From assembly GCF_021028975.2 (NCBI RefSeq), contig NC_059438.1:25978001-26042000 (forward strand): a stretch of 64,000 nt of DNA, written 5' to 3'. Below are positions 11,335 to 24,500 of this stretch, one piece after another; the stretch's first letter is position 1; the number at the start of each line of letters is the position of its first letter. Below the pieces are notes generated by a model. The model ran no database searches, was not told the DNA's origin, and worked only from the letters and a program-made list of their open reading frames with translations. Both the position numbers and the translations under genes were made by a program. Source of the stretch: Sphaerodactylus townsendi. Taxonomy: Eukaryota.

Positions 11335-11885
11335 ACCCATTCCAACCCCTGGTTTTCCATAATCGAAGAAAAAATGGCTTCTATTGGATGGTCAGTGGAC
11401 TCACTTTGCCCTTTGTCCTACTCAGAAGCTTATAGAAAATTAAAAGGTCAACTATTGGATAGAGAGTTCTCTACCCTAATCACCGCAGCCAAGAAAACGT
11501 GCTCCCCCCTGTATTTTTCTCTCCCATTTGAACAGGGCCACTTGGCACACTACCTGTATTGCTTAATAAACCCTGCTCAAAGGAGAGTCATAATGCTCTC
11601 CAGGTTTAATGTTATGCCTTCTGCCTTGTTATGTGGCAGATTTAACAAGCAAGAAAAGGCCAAAAGATTGTGCCCGTGTAATGATGGCTCAGTTGAATCT
11701 CTGGCCCACCAATTACTACACTGTTTCAGATTCAAGGAAATCAGATCAAAGTATGTGAATCTTACTCCTTTACATTTACCTGATCTCCCCGATTTATTTA
11801 GATTACACTACTTGTTGGACAACCCTGATCCTTCTCTCTGTATGATAGTGGCATACTTTCTCCTGGAAATTACTAAAAGCTATGA
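11335..11885 (+). mobile_element. Non-LTR retrotransposon ORF2 C-terminal fragment (RTE-X-like, CCHC finger)
   Basis: AT-rich insert encoding LSRFNVMPSA..GRF..RLCPC-x4-VESLAHQLLHC..FKEIR, typical of the LINE C-terminal CCHC region. Confidence 0.75.
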
Positions 11886-12514
11886 ATCGCACAGTGGCTC
11901 TAGTGGCCGTGGGACTCTTTCTGCTAGAGAGCTGCCGTCAGCAGAGGGCAGCCTTTTGCCTGTGCTCTTTGCAGAGATGGCCCTTCATTCAGAGAGCTGC
12001 ACTGGAGGGCAGGAAGGCCTTGTGAGACCGTGCAAATCCTGGCACTTCCACAGGGGTCTACTTCAGGCTGAAGGTGGCATGGAGGGCTCCCCAAAATGCC
12101 ACCGTTGGTGCGTGACTCAACCTCTCGCCATTCTTCTCCTTGGCAGCTCCACCCAGCCCCTTTCTTGAAAGGGCGCTCAGCCAAGAGTCTTGTTGCTAGC
12201 CCTAAAGCCAGTCTTTGGGGCAGCCCCACCCCAACTGACTCATAGCAGAAGCTCCTGGCAATCAGGTTGCCAGCAGCGTGACTGTCTGTCAAGCACGGTC
12301 CTGACAATAGCCCCCCAGCTGTGCAAACAAGGCCCCTCCCTCCCTCCCTCCCGAGCGCTGCAGCTGTGTCTACTCAGCTCGGCCACTTTTGTCCTGGGGG
12401 ACGGCCCACCTCCCTGCTGCTCAGCTGGCGGGGCCAGGCTGTGCGTGGGTGAGCGTGGCGAGGTGGGAATATAAGCAGGCGGTTCAGGGCCCTCCTACGC
12501 AGAAGGGGGAGACC

Positions 12515-15500
12515 ATGGGGCTCTGCCACCGAGAGCTGTGGCTGTGGCTGCTGTGGGCAGGGGTCCACGTGGCCGGCCTGCTGCCCCAGCCCCCGAGGGG
12601 AGAGGTCTGCTACCAGTTTGTCAGATGGCCCCAGGGCTTTCCAGCGGCGCAGGCCTGGTGCTGGCTGCACGGAGGGTCCCTCCTCCTCTCTTGGGATCAG
12701 CACGCCAGAGCCTTCCTGCAGCAGAGCCTGAATCGCGGGAGCAAGAGCTGGGTGGCCCCTCATGCAGAGGTGCCTCCGGAGCAGGACTGGGGGGCCAGAG
12801 GCCAGGGTGAGAGATGGAGGGGTGTGTGTGGCCCCACTTGGCTGGGGAGGAGGGCTGTTCCCTGGCCCACTCTGCCTCCCTGCTCCCTGCAGCCGAGGGA
12901 GGGGGGCCCTCTGTCCCAGCCACGACCCAAGGTCAGTTTCCCTCCACGGAAAAAGGGACCCCCCTCCTGGAGTGCTCACCCAGGCCAGCTCCAGCAACGT
13001 CTCCATCCCTCAGGACGTTCACCTGTGTGCCAGAGCATCGTCCGGATCGAGGACCAGTTCTGGGCCAGGAAGAGCGCCTGTTTTGAGAAGCTCCCCTTCG
13101 TCTGCCAGTATGGTGAGTCAGCGCCCCGCAGGGCTGCTGGGGGGAAGTAGCCAAGGCAGGGACAGCAACAGGTGGCAGCAGGGGGGATTCCTGCCCCGTG
13201 CCCCCACAGAAGGATGCCTGCTTGTGAGGAGGCCATCTGCGCAGGCAGGCAGGCAGGCACGCAGGTCCCCCTCCTGCCCCTGGGTGCGGGATGACAGGAG
13301 CCTTTCTGAGCTCAGTCTACCCCCCACCCCATCTCCCAGGCCCGCACAGGCTGCGCAGAGAGGCTCCCAGTCCGCAGCAGGTGAGTCTCAGGCATAATAC
13401 CCGTTGCCCATCCTGTGGGGCGTGCAGCAGGGACCTGTGCTGGTGCTCACAGGGGCTGTGCCCGCCCAGCCATTCGCTGAGAAAGGGAGGCGTTTTCACC
13501 CTCTGCCTGCCTCCTAGCGACGCCATCCCTGCACGGTAAGGTGCAGCCCAAGACAGAGGGCCAGAGCGACTCCGGGGCCGACCAGAGAGCCCGTGGCTGC
13601 CTCCCAGAGCTTCCGGCCCGGAATTCCAAACCATCCACAAAGCGACGGGCCAACAGACACCAGCAGTGCCCCCTGGCGACCCACTGTCCAGCCAGCGACC
13701 GGCACGTGGCACAGCCCGGACCCTGGGTTGGAGCTCAGCCCCCAGACGTGGCCTGGCCACCACCAGGGAAGCCTCGACCAGCATCAGCCCAGCACCTCGG
13801 CAGCATCCAGAGCACACCTTCAGCCCAGCACGTGGCCTCCAGGCAGCCCCCAGCCCCTGCAGACCCCCTATGAGGGGCCCTCCACGCCAGACGCCTCCAG
13901 CAGCCCAGGGCCTGGCACCCAGCCACAGCCCACCACCAAGGGACTGGGAAGCCCCCAGACCCACTCCGCCGTGGGATCCAGCTCGCTCGGCCCCCAGGAT
14001 GTCCCACCTGAGGTCAAGGGCCAGGTAGGCAGCATCCATGCCAGCGAGCACCAGCACCATGGTGCCCCAGCCAGCTTGGCTCCTCTACCCTGTGGCCCCT
14101 CAGCATGGTATTCCGAGCAGCCAGCAGGAAGGTGGGGGGGGGGGCTGACTGCCTTCTCAGCACTGGGGCCTGGCTGGGGGAGGGCTGCCTTTGGAGCCAG
14201 GGGGTCAGCTGGCTGCCCCCCTGCGTGCAACACCCCAGGAGCCTCTCCCAGCCCCCGACTCTGCTCCCGCAGGCCCTGGAGCGGCTGGTGTGTCAGTTCA
14301 ACCAGAGCGTGGAGACCGTGGGCCACCCGCTGGCTGTGGAGAGGGCAAGCCAGGCCCTGCGGGATTTGACCAGCCCCTCTGCCTCGCTGTCTGAGGACGA
14401 CCAGGTATTGACCTGCTGCCAGTGGGCGGGCCCAGGTCACCTAGCAGGGTCCACCCTGGGGCTTGACTGGGCCAAACTTCTCCCGCGCCCTTCTCGGCAG
14501 CTGCCAGCAGAGCCCCTGCAGCCAGCCAGCCAGCCAGCGCGGTGCCATTTGCAGCGGGAGTCTCATTCCTGCAGGTTCAGGCCAGCCGGACCCTCCAGTT
14601 TTTGAGTTCTCAGTTGCTGGTGGAGCCCCGGTCAAGCAACTGGTCCTACCCAGGCTTGGCAGCTGCAGCTTCATCGCTCTTCCAGTCTCTCGGCAACCTC
14701 CTCGTGGCCGTGGGCACCAACACCTCCAGCTCCAGCGGGAGCAAGCAGCAGGTGGGCGAGGGGAGGGCAGAGCCCTCTGGGGGTGCTGCATTCCTTCACC
14801 TCTGGCCAGGTGGCCAGGCCTTTCCCTCAGCTTCCACTCCCCTCAGGCTCTGGGCAGGGCACGGGAGCCCCCTGCGCCCAACTCTGGCAGTGCCCACAGC
14901 TCCGAGCCATGCCTTCCACCAACCCCACCTCCCTGTTGCAACAGAGGGCAGTTCTGGCACAGGCTCTGGTGGCGCTGCCCCTGATTCAGGCGGGACTTCT
15001 CCTGGGCAACTCCTCCGCAGAGGCCTGTGTGACTGTGGCGTCGCCAGCACTCAGCACCATCCTGAGCAGGTAGCCTTCTCCTCCCGCTCCTGCGCCAGCC
15101 CTGAGATAGGTGGGGTGGGGGTGTCAGGGCGAGCTCTCCTCCTCCTCCTCCTCTCTCCCCACCCCCTTCCTGACAGGCGCAGTGCGACTTCCCTGCCCCA
15201 TAGCTCCTTCCACCTGGCTCAGCCCAAGCCCTTGACGGTCACCTTCCCAGCCGCCTCCTCGTTGGCCCCGATGCTCAGCCAGCACAGCCAAGCGCTGCTG
15301 CAGGTCCAGGTGGGTGGCGCAGAATAGCTGGGTTCCGCAGGGGTCGGGGTGTGTGTGTGTGTGTCTCCTTTGCTGGAAGCCTCTCTGTGCTCCTGGAGAG
15401 GATGCAAGGAGGGGGAGGGCACCAGCAGCTCAGCCCCTTCCCCGGCCCCTTGCAGGTGGCCTCTTTTGCAGGCGACCCCTTCCGGTCCCTCAGCGAGAAG

Positions 15501-18500
15501 GCCATGGCCAGTGTGGCCAGTGTTGCTCTCCGTGCCAGCGAGGGGCCCGTCAGCCTCCATGACCTCCCCGAGGAGATTGAGGTAGGAGGACTCAGGAATG
15601 AACGCCGTGCTCCCATCGTGCACTGAGGCCAAGGGGGAGGCCAGCTGAGGGCGCCTCACCACCAGTCGGGAAATGGTCACTCTCCTGGCCAGCGCTGGGT
15701 CTTGACTTTTGTAGCCCATGGAGGGAGGGGGTTGAATGTCGACCATTTCTGCAGCCACACAGAGCTCAGTGGGCGTCCCTCAGTCTCACGGCTCCAGCAG
15801 CCCACCCAATCATCGCACCCACACAAGCACACGAAGCGACTCAGCCCACTCATCTGCTGAATACAAGACAAGACTAACCCCCAAGCCAGTTTTTAAATAG
15901 TTTTTCTGCAGGTTTCCTGAGAAATCCTTCCCATCGGAGAACAAAGGCTGTCAGGCGATAGCGGCTCCAAGAGTTTTCAGCCTCTCCTAAACCAACCATG
16001 GATTTGAAGCACCCCTTGCCCCAAGAGTGGCCGGGAGGAGCCGGCGGCCCTAAGAATATTCCCGAGGAACCTTGAAGGGCTGTGTTGGGGGTTCACTTCC
16101 TCCCGGCCTGGCCTGGGGCCTTAAAGGGTCCAAAATCTCCCTCCCACTGGCTCTAAAATGTCTGGGAGGAGTCTGATCAGCGGACGCTGCAGCGTTTGGA
16201 CAGAGCTGGGCCACAGGAGTGCTGAGGGTCACCGGCGGCTTCACGCTCCCCCTGCAAGAGTGCTGCCCCAGCTTCACGCTCCCCACCCCTCCTGCCTCCT
16301 GGTCTCCTCCTCCTCCACCCCTTGGCCAGCTGCCTCAAAGCCTGCTTGCCCTTTGGTGCGCCGCGGGGCAGCCGCGCCCTCAGACAGGGTCCTGCCGCGG
16401 GGAGAGCCCTCTGGCTTATCCTTTGGGACAGAGTCAAGCCGGCTGGGCTTCTGGAGCCGGGGGGCGGGCAAGGGGGCTGCTGCTGCTGCTGCTGAGTCTT
16501 GGCGGGTGACCCTTCTGCTTTCAGATTGCTCTCGGGGAAGAGGGTGAGGCAGAGGGCTCTGCCTGCTGGCTGAATGGCAGCAGAGGGCACTTCGAGGTGG
16601 AGGTGAATGTCACGTCTCTGGAGGATGCCCTGCTGGTCAGCGTGAGACCCGCTGCTCCTCCTCTCCAGATCACCTTGTGCCTGGCGCCCCTCTCCCGGGC
16701 CCACAGCAACAGCTGCCTCCTCAACACCACGCTGCCCAAGCACCGCTGGCAAGAGGGTGAGGAGCAGGAGGGGTGAGGCTGGGGGGGGGGGGGTCAAGGC
16801 AGGAGCCTGTGGGACAAGGAACAAGGACAGGCCTGGCGCTTTCAAGCCCAAGCGTGTGGGGAGGCCGGGATCCTGCTGCCTTCTGCCCTGCCGTTGGTCC
16901 CCTGCCCGACCCCCCACTGTTCCTGCAGAGGGAGCGTACGTGTGGGTCGTTCCCCCGGAGGACCTGCGGCTGCTTGGCCTGGGCCCCTGCTCCCTCTCCA
17001 CCGAGGTGGCTCCACAGCCACGGGGCCCTGCCAACTTCTCCGTCACTGTCGCCAGAATGGGCTGCTACCACTGGGCCACCCAAGCCCAGGCCTGGACGAG
17101 CCACGGATGCCGGGTAGGGAAGGGGCCAGCAGCACCATGGGGAGGGGAGGGGCCAGCAGCACCATGGGGCAGAGAGAGCACTGGGGAGGCCTTGGTGGGC
17201 AGGTCTGGGATTCAGCCGCGGGCAGCCTCTTCAGTGGCCGCACCCCACGATCCAGGCAGGGAGGGTGGGCCTGGGAAGGACAGGATGCCCCTTCCTCCAA
17301 GGGCCTGCCCTCTCCTCGTCTCTGGGGACCCCAGGCTGGAGGATGCCGACCCTCAGACCAGATATGCCGGGAAACCCTTTCCTGCCTAGTGAGATATGGA
17401 GGGCGGGGGCGGGGTGGGGGAGCCCCAGGAGGCTCTGTTGGCCCAGGCGGGGCTCCAAGGCCACCCTCTCTTTCCAGGTGGGGCCCCAGAGCACCCTCCA
17501 GAGGACCCACTGCCTCTGCAGCCACCTCAGCTTCTTCGGCCGCCTCTTCCTGGTCGTGCCGCACGTGGTCGACCTCCGGCGTGTGGACCAGCTCCTGAGC
17601 CGAGTGGGCCAGAACCCAGCTGGGCTGGCCTTGCTGTGCAGCCTCTTGCTTGCCTACGGAGCCCTCCTGCTTTGGGCCCTCCGGCGGCAGAAGGTGGATG
17701 TGGGAAAGGTGAGGCGGAGGGCCAGGAGCTGCTGCTGCCCCCTGGCCGTCTCCAGCTTCCCCCTCTGCCCAGAGGTAGACTCTGTGGTGTGGTCTTCTGC
17801 CCCAGGTGAAGGTCACGGCCTTGGCGGACAATGCCTCCAGCGCTTGCTGCCGCTACCTGGTTCAAGTCTTCACTGGCTATCGCCGAGGAGCAGCCACCTC
17901 AGCTAAGGTAAGGAGAGGCTGAATGGCTGCAGGGAGCAAACAAAGGCAAGCTGCCGCCACACCCACACCCACACCCCCCTGCTTGGGATGAGTGCAGCTA
18001 ACTGCTCTGCATGACTCCCTGGTCGCTGGGGATGTGGCCGCCCGGAGGCACCTCTGCTTGAGAAAGGCGCGTTTGGGTAAAGAGCAGAGGAAAGCTCGCC
18101 TGCGCTCCCTTCCTGGGAATCCTGGCTGACCACCCTCTCTGGGCCCCAGGTTGTCCTGACCCTGTATGGGGCAGAGGGGCGGAGTGAGCCACACCTGCTG
18201 CAGCACCCACAAGCCCCCAGCTTCCAGACGGGCGGCATGGACGCCTTCCTCCTGACCACCTGGAGGCCCCTGGGCACCCTGCACTCCGCCCGCCTCTGGC
18301 ACGACAACAGCGGTGCAAGCCCCAGATGGTACGTCTGGGCCCCAGTTCAACCGGCGGGGGTGGGGAAAGCTGTGGGCTGGGAAATACCTGGAGATTTTTT
18401 GGGGGGGGGGGAGCTGAGCAGGGTGGGGTGGGGGGAGGGGCTTCCATGGCATAAAAGGCCGCAGAGTCCGCCCTCCCAAGCGGCCGTTTTCTCCAGGGTA

Positions 18501-21500
18501 ACGGACCTCTGTTGCCTGGAGATCAGTTGCCATAGTGGGAGATCGCCAGTCACCAGCTGGCAGTTGGCAACCCAAGATAGGGGGCAGGTGGAGCTGAGAC
18601 TAAGCTTAGCAGGTGCAACTCCCCCAGCCACCACCTCCCACGCCACAGCACCCACCAGCCCATCAACAGGGACTTGGGCCAGCTTCATAGCCCCTGTAAA
18701 GAGAGGGACATGATTGGCACCCCCCCCCCAGATACGCAAGGGTGTGGCTGTGGTGCACCTGTGCCAGGTACAGGACCACCTCCCGAACTGGCTCCTGGTG
18801 TCCCCCAATATGCTGTGAGGAGCAGGCACCACCGCTGCCCCAGTATGGTCGCAGCAGGCACCGCAAGAAGCAGCTGACGTATGCCCAGAGGCCAGGGATG
18901 GTGTGACTGCCTCTCTTGGCCTGACCTCGGCTGCTATCACCCCAGTCAGCAGCCCCCCTTCTTACCCCAAGCAAGCAGTGGCAGGCACTCGCCAGGGGAG
19001 GCAGTAGAAAGGCCCGGAAGCACCTGAGCTCAGTGGGGGGAGCAGTGGGGGGCGGGGGGGGGGGCGGATCTGTGGGCTGCTGTACCGGGCAACTGTCTGC
19101 AGGTTTGTGCGTCGGCTGGTTGTCAGTGACCTGGCTGCCCAAAAGAAGTGGTATTTCCTGTGCAACTGCTGGCTGGCCGTGGACCTGGAAGAGGGCCAAG
19201 TGGACAAGGTCTTCGTAGCAGCCTCTGAGAGGGAGCTGCGGTCCTTTGGGTATGCCCTGAGCCCTTCCCCAAGGGGTGTCCTGTCATGGCCGTGTGCCTG
19301 CCGTCTGAATGCATGCAGACTGGGGCCACTGGGGGCCAAACAGAAGCAGGCTGGAGCCCCGGAACCTGTTTGGGAGGGCCAAGCGCAGCCATGGCCCATT
19401 TGGAACATCCGCTGGGTGGGCAGGCGCAGAGCATCTCTCTCCCTTTGAATAGGAGGGGGCTTCCCAGAGCCCTCCTCCCCACCCCCTCTCAGCCCAGGCA
19501 CACCCACAGTGTGCCCCATTCCCCCCTCCCCCACAGAAACCTCTTCTGGACAGGGCTAGTGGAGAAACTGAGCCAGGAGCACCTGTGGCTGTCGGTGGTG
19601 ACGTGTTCGGCGTGGAGCCCCTTCACCCGGGTGCAGCGGCTCTCCTGCTGCCTGGCCCTCTTGCTGTGCTCCATGCTCATCAACATCATGTTCTGGAAGG
19701 GGCCAGTGGAGGAGATGCACCAGCCAGGTGAGGAGCTCCCCAACTCCTCCCACAGCGATGCCAGAGGAGGGTGGAGTGAGCGGCAGAGAGGCCTGCCCAA
19801 GCTGACTCGGGGTAGGGCGAGAACTCAGCCTTTCCTCTGCATCCAGTCTCCCCATCTCAGCATGATGGCTGGTCCCAGCTTTCGCCTTGGGGGTCTCAGG
19901 CCCCAGGAGCACCTGCACTAAACTGAGGGGCTGGTCTTTGCCGCCTGCTGCAGGTCCCTTTGTGGTGACGTGGCGGGACATGGTGGTGAGCCTGCAGGCA
20001 GCCGTCCTCCTGATGCCGTTCCACCTGCTGATTGTACACATCTTCCGGCTAGTCCGGCCTCCCGCCTTGCAGCTGCTGCCTCCTCCTGTGGACCCCCGAC
20101 TCTCACACCCAGCAACGGTGCCCTCTAGGCCACTGCCCACAACCCTGTCCATTCAGCAGGTGAGTACACGGGAGCAGGCTGGGCAGTACCATGTTACTGG
20201 CCTAACAGGGGTAAGGGTTTTATTGAAGGGAATCTCCACCAGCTGCTAAAAGTGTAACAGCACACATATAGTTTTTAAAAGTAGCAAAGGGGAATGAACT
20301 CACATTGGCAGCAAGAGGGGCCAAGAGGAGATCTTTTAAACTGTATAATACGGGGAAGGAATTCTGGCAATGAATATTCCATGTTCAATGTCTTACTGGC
20401 GGGCACAGTGAGCCACCTCTCCTGCATACGCCCAGTGTGCCAGGTCGGAACGAGACAGATACGGGTACAGTAGCCGCTCTTGCCCCAAATGATGGAGAGC
20501 TACCCGGGCCGTTTGAGCGACCTGGCCCTCCAGCAATAGTGTGGAGTCCAAGGTCACGCCCAGGCTCTTGACAGACGAGGCTTTGGGGAGTGTACCAGGA
20601 GAGACTGCCCCTTAGATATGTGGGTCCCAGACCGTTTATGAAGACTTAATGCCTGGGTTTTCATGAAGGAAGTTCCTGCATGGAACCTGCAGAGATCCTG
20701 GAAGTAGCTGCCAACTGGCACAGCCCCAAATAGGGTGGACAGCAAGCCTTGCCCAGCCCCATGCTGCTGGAGTCCTGGGTAGCCATCCCACTGACTCCTT
20801 CCTCAGGAGCTGACGGAGACCGTGGGCTTCCTGTACAAGAACCCGCTGTGCTGCTGCCAAGAGCTGTCTGAGTTCCCTGGGACTTGGAAGCAAGTGCCAG
20901 AGCTGGTGGCAGGCCTCTGTGTGCTCGTCCGCTCCTCTCTGCAGCAGCTGCAGGAGCCAGAAACCCTCAAGCAAGGTGAGAAGGGCTGGGGGAGGCAACT
21001 CACACACACTCTGATCCTGCTCAGACAGACAGCAGCCGGGAATGGCCAAGGCTGCCCTCAAGCAGCTCCTCACCTGCTGCTCTCGTGCTTGAGCGGGCAT
21101 TTCATAATCCCAGAGGAGTGGAGAGGGGGGCCTGCCCAGCCTGACACCCCTTTGCCCTCCCATTCAGAACGATCTGGCAGTCTCCACAGCTACCTGGGCC
21201 ATGTGGTGTCTGATCTGGAGGCTCAGCTGTGCAGCCTGGATGGGGGGAACCTTCCAAATCCTGATGACTACCTGCAAGCCCGGAACCAGCTACACAGACT
21301 CCGGCAGCAGCTGGAGCAGCAGAGATGCCAGCTTGGTGCAGAACAGCTCAGGTACGCAGGCCCTGCTGCTCTTGGCCCGAGACGTGTGTAGAAACAGACA
21401 GGAAGGGCTGGGCCGCTCAGTCCCAGGCAGTGAAGAGATGGGTCGTTGGTCCTCATGCGAATGTGCATATTACATGGGCAGCACTGGCAAAAGTGTAGCT

Positions 21501-24500
21501 TTCCAGAAGAAGCCCACAGGCTGGGACCATGCCAGCCGCCCCACCCCCCACTCTTATTCCCTCGAGTGGCGAGGCCAAGAGAAAGAGAAGGGAAAAAGAC
21601 CGTGTCCCAAAGGTGGCCGTTGGAGCCTGTCAGAGTTCAAGGGGGAGACTACGGTGGGGTCAAGGCACCAGCCCTCCCCCGTCCAGCCTTGAGACAGCAG
21701 CTCCATGTTGAGAACCCCGAGTCCAAGGGATGCTCAGGATGGGCCAGCAACCCACAAAATGACAAAACCCCGGCATTTGCAGCCACATACCTCATCCTTG
21801 GTAGCTGCCACCAGCTCCTTTTCACTGCCCAAGCAGCCAGAAGCCAAGCAGCAAGCTTCCAGGGATTAAAGTCAGGAAAGTCACTCCTGCAAGGTAGACC
21901 ACTGCAACAAGAGTTTCACAAAACACTTAACCTGGAACGGGTAGTAGTCAAGTAGGCCTAGTCGCTGGAAGACAAAACACCACAAGGTAAATTAAAGCTA
22001 TTTTAAATAATTGTGCAAAAATGTTTCTAAGAAGAATAGTGAGCAGTTATTAAAATAATAAAACTAAACCAAGAGGCCTAAATATGCAGCCGTAGCATTG
22101 GCTCAGTTTCCCCAGATGTCCCCCTTTCCAGTTAAAATCCTCCAGCAGTCAAAGCCCCTCTTTCCAAGAGCCAGCCTGTCGGACTGGCCGGTGATGTCCA
22201 TTAAATATGTAACCTTGTTCCTAGCTATGCGACCCAAGGGTGTGTGTGGGGGGGGTGTCAGAGCAAGATGCAATTGGGGGGGCTCATTAGTCCCTCCCAC
22301 TTCTCACAGGAGTCGAGCCTCATGATTCCACCTTCGCTAAGTGGCTGGAGGTGGCTCCACGGTTCTTGGGATAGCAGCTGCCTCGGCCCAGCCCCCGGAC
22401 TCCTCTCTCAGTTGCAAAAGGTCACCCCTTGCTGAATCTCAAGCAACAGAGCAGCTGTTTCCCAAGTCAACTTTTCGATTGTAGGCCTAAAGCAGTGGGT
22501 AGCTGCATTGAGGGGGCTCAGTTCCTCGACACTCTGCACTGAACGCTGAAAGCCCGAGACGGCCTTGTGCCCACCACCCGCCACTGAGAGAGAGACCCAC
22601 CAGAGGCTTCCTGGATGAAAGGAAGAGCTGCGGGGGAGAGGGCATTGCTTCTCTTCTGAGTTGTGGTTCTTGACACTCTGTGTAGGCACTGAGGAATGGG
22701 GCAAGGGCTGGAGGAGGAGGAGTGTGGGGGGGAATCCTAGCAGGGTGGTGAAAGTCAAAGGTGCTCGGGTGCCGTTGGGCCAGGGGTCAGGGCAGGGGTG
22801 TCCTTTCTGCACTGATGGTCCCTAGGGCCCCAGAGAAGGCACAGGCCTCCTCCTGCTGGATGGCTCAGTGTGGCCTGGAAGTTGCCACAGAAGTGGCGAT
22901 GCTGCCTCTGGCTGTGGCCCAGTGGTCCCGTTGTGGCTCCTGCGAGTGGCAGCAGCTCTGCAGGGTCCAAGGCAGGGAAGGGGCATCTCCGGCGCTTCCA
23001 GCCAAGCTTTAGCAGGTCTCTGAAAAGGCAGCTCCTTTCCGCCAGCGCCACCGACAGTCCCCCCCCTCCCAGCCTGCCTGCTCGGACGATGGCTTCTCTT
23101 TCTTCCTCCTGGCAGCCAGCTCAGTAGCTTCCCGACGGAGGCCCCCGCGGAGCACAGAGCCCCCTGCTGCAGCGGCCTACCCAGGCGCCTCCGATTCCTC
23201 TGCTGGCTGGTGGTTGCTTCCGCAGGCCTGGGCGCAGGCTTCTTCACCGTGCTGTACAGTCTGCAGTTGAGCAGGGCCCAGGCCACCCACTGGGTCACCA
23301 GCATGGTCCTCTCCGTGCTGCAGAGCCTCTTCCTCATGCAGCCACTGAAGGTACGGCGCTCGGTGCCGCCGGGGGCACAGGGGGGCATCCCTCCTCCAGC
23401 AAAGGTGCTCCCTCACGCCCCTTCCTCTCCTGGCCCTCAGGTGCTGGCCATGACCGGGATCTTCTCACTGATGCAGAGAAGAGAGCTATGGCAGGACAAG
23501 GGTCAGGAGCAGATGCTACAGTGGGCGCTAGGCCTCACGGGTAATCCAAGCCCCAAACCCCAGCGACGTCTGGGCTCACGTGGGAGGAGGGATGCTGGCC
23601 ATTTCCCCGAGCCCTGGCCCCCAAAGGCCTTTCTTTTCTTGGTGCTGACCCAGCAGCCCTCCCCCTCCCCTCCCCTCTCCCCCAGGAGGACCCCTGCCCC
23701 CTGCAAGCCCTGGGTCAAGAGACCGGATCTCCGACACCATCTACAGGCCGCCCGCTCTCCGGTCAGCAGTCCAGCCCAAGGAAAGAGCCGTGAAAGAAAA
23801 GATGCTATTCTCCTTGGTCCGAGAGATCGTGGGTGAGAGGAAAGAGCCCCCTCCCCCCCAAGATCTGGCCAAGATTGTTCTGGGAATCTGCATATGGAGG
23901 AAGGCTCCCTGGGTGGTGTAGAGGGGGGGTGGGTGACGGGGTTATTCCAAAGCGCTGCAGAAAGGGAACGTGTGGGGGGTCTTCACAAATGGTTTTATGG
24001 AAGAGGAAGCCCAGAAAAGGTGTCCTGCAGCAAATCCAGTTCTTGCCACTCTTGATTGCCTTTGCAGCCCCGTGTTTCTAAGCCCTTGGAAGTCAAACTG
24101 AGTGCTGTGAGAGACATGGTTGCTAGTGCATGCCCCCCTCCCCCCACATGCACAATGCGAGGGCCTTTTGCCAAGCTGAGGATGGGGAGCAGAGTCACGT
24201 GGCCAAACATCATATCACAAGAGGGCTTTGTTGGTCTCTTAAATGGCACATGAAAGGAAGGGGCCATCTCAGGTTGGCACCCTCTATGATCTGTGGACCG
24301 GTGCCTACCAAGGGTGCCTACTGACTGTGGGCACAGCCCTGGTGCATTTGTTCTGCATATGCCAGCAAAACGTGGAGGAGGGTGTGCGCCTGTTCCTGCC
24401 CCCCTGGCAGATTTGGCCCTTCTCCTGCAATGCAGAGTCAACTGGGCACATCGGCTCCCTCCAGACCCCTCCTCCCGTACCCCCCAGGGGAGGGCTCACG

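Noticed and set aside
11374-12168. 264-aa ORF as a novel gene
   Set aside because: The first 170 or so residues are a LINE ORF2 C-terminus; the rest is flanking read-through.
17121-17170. 28-bp tandem duplication GGGGCCAGCAGCACCATGGGG
   Set aside because: Simple intronic slippage duplication; two copies with no spacer structure, not CRISPR-like.
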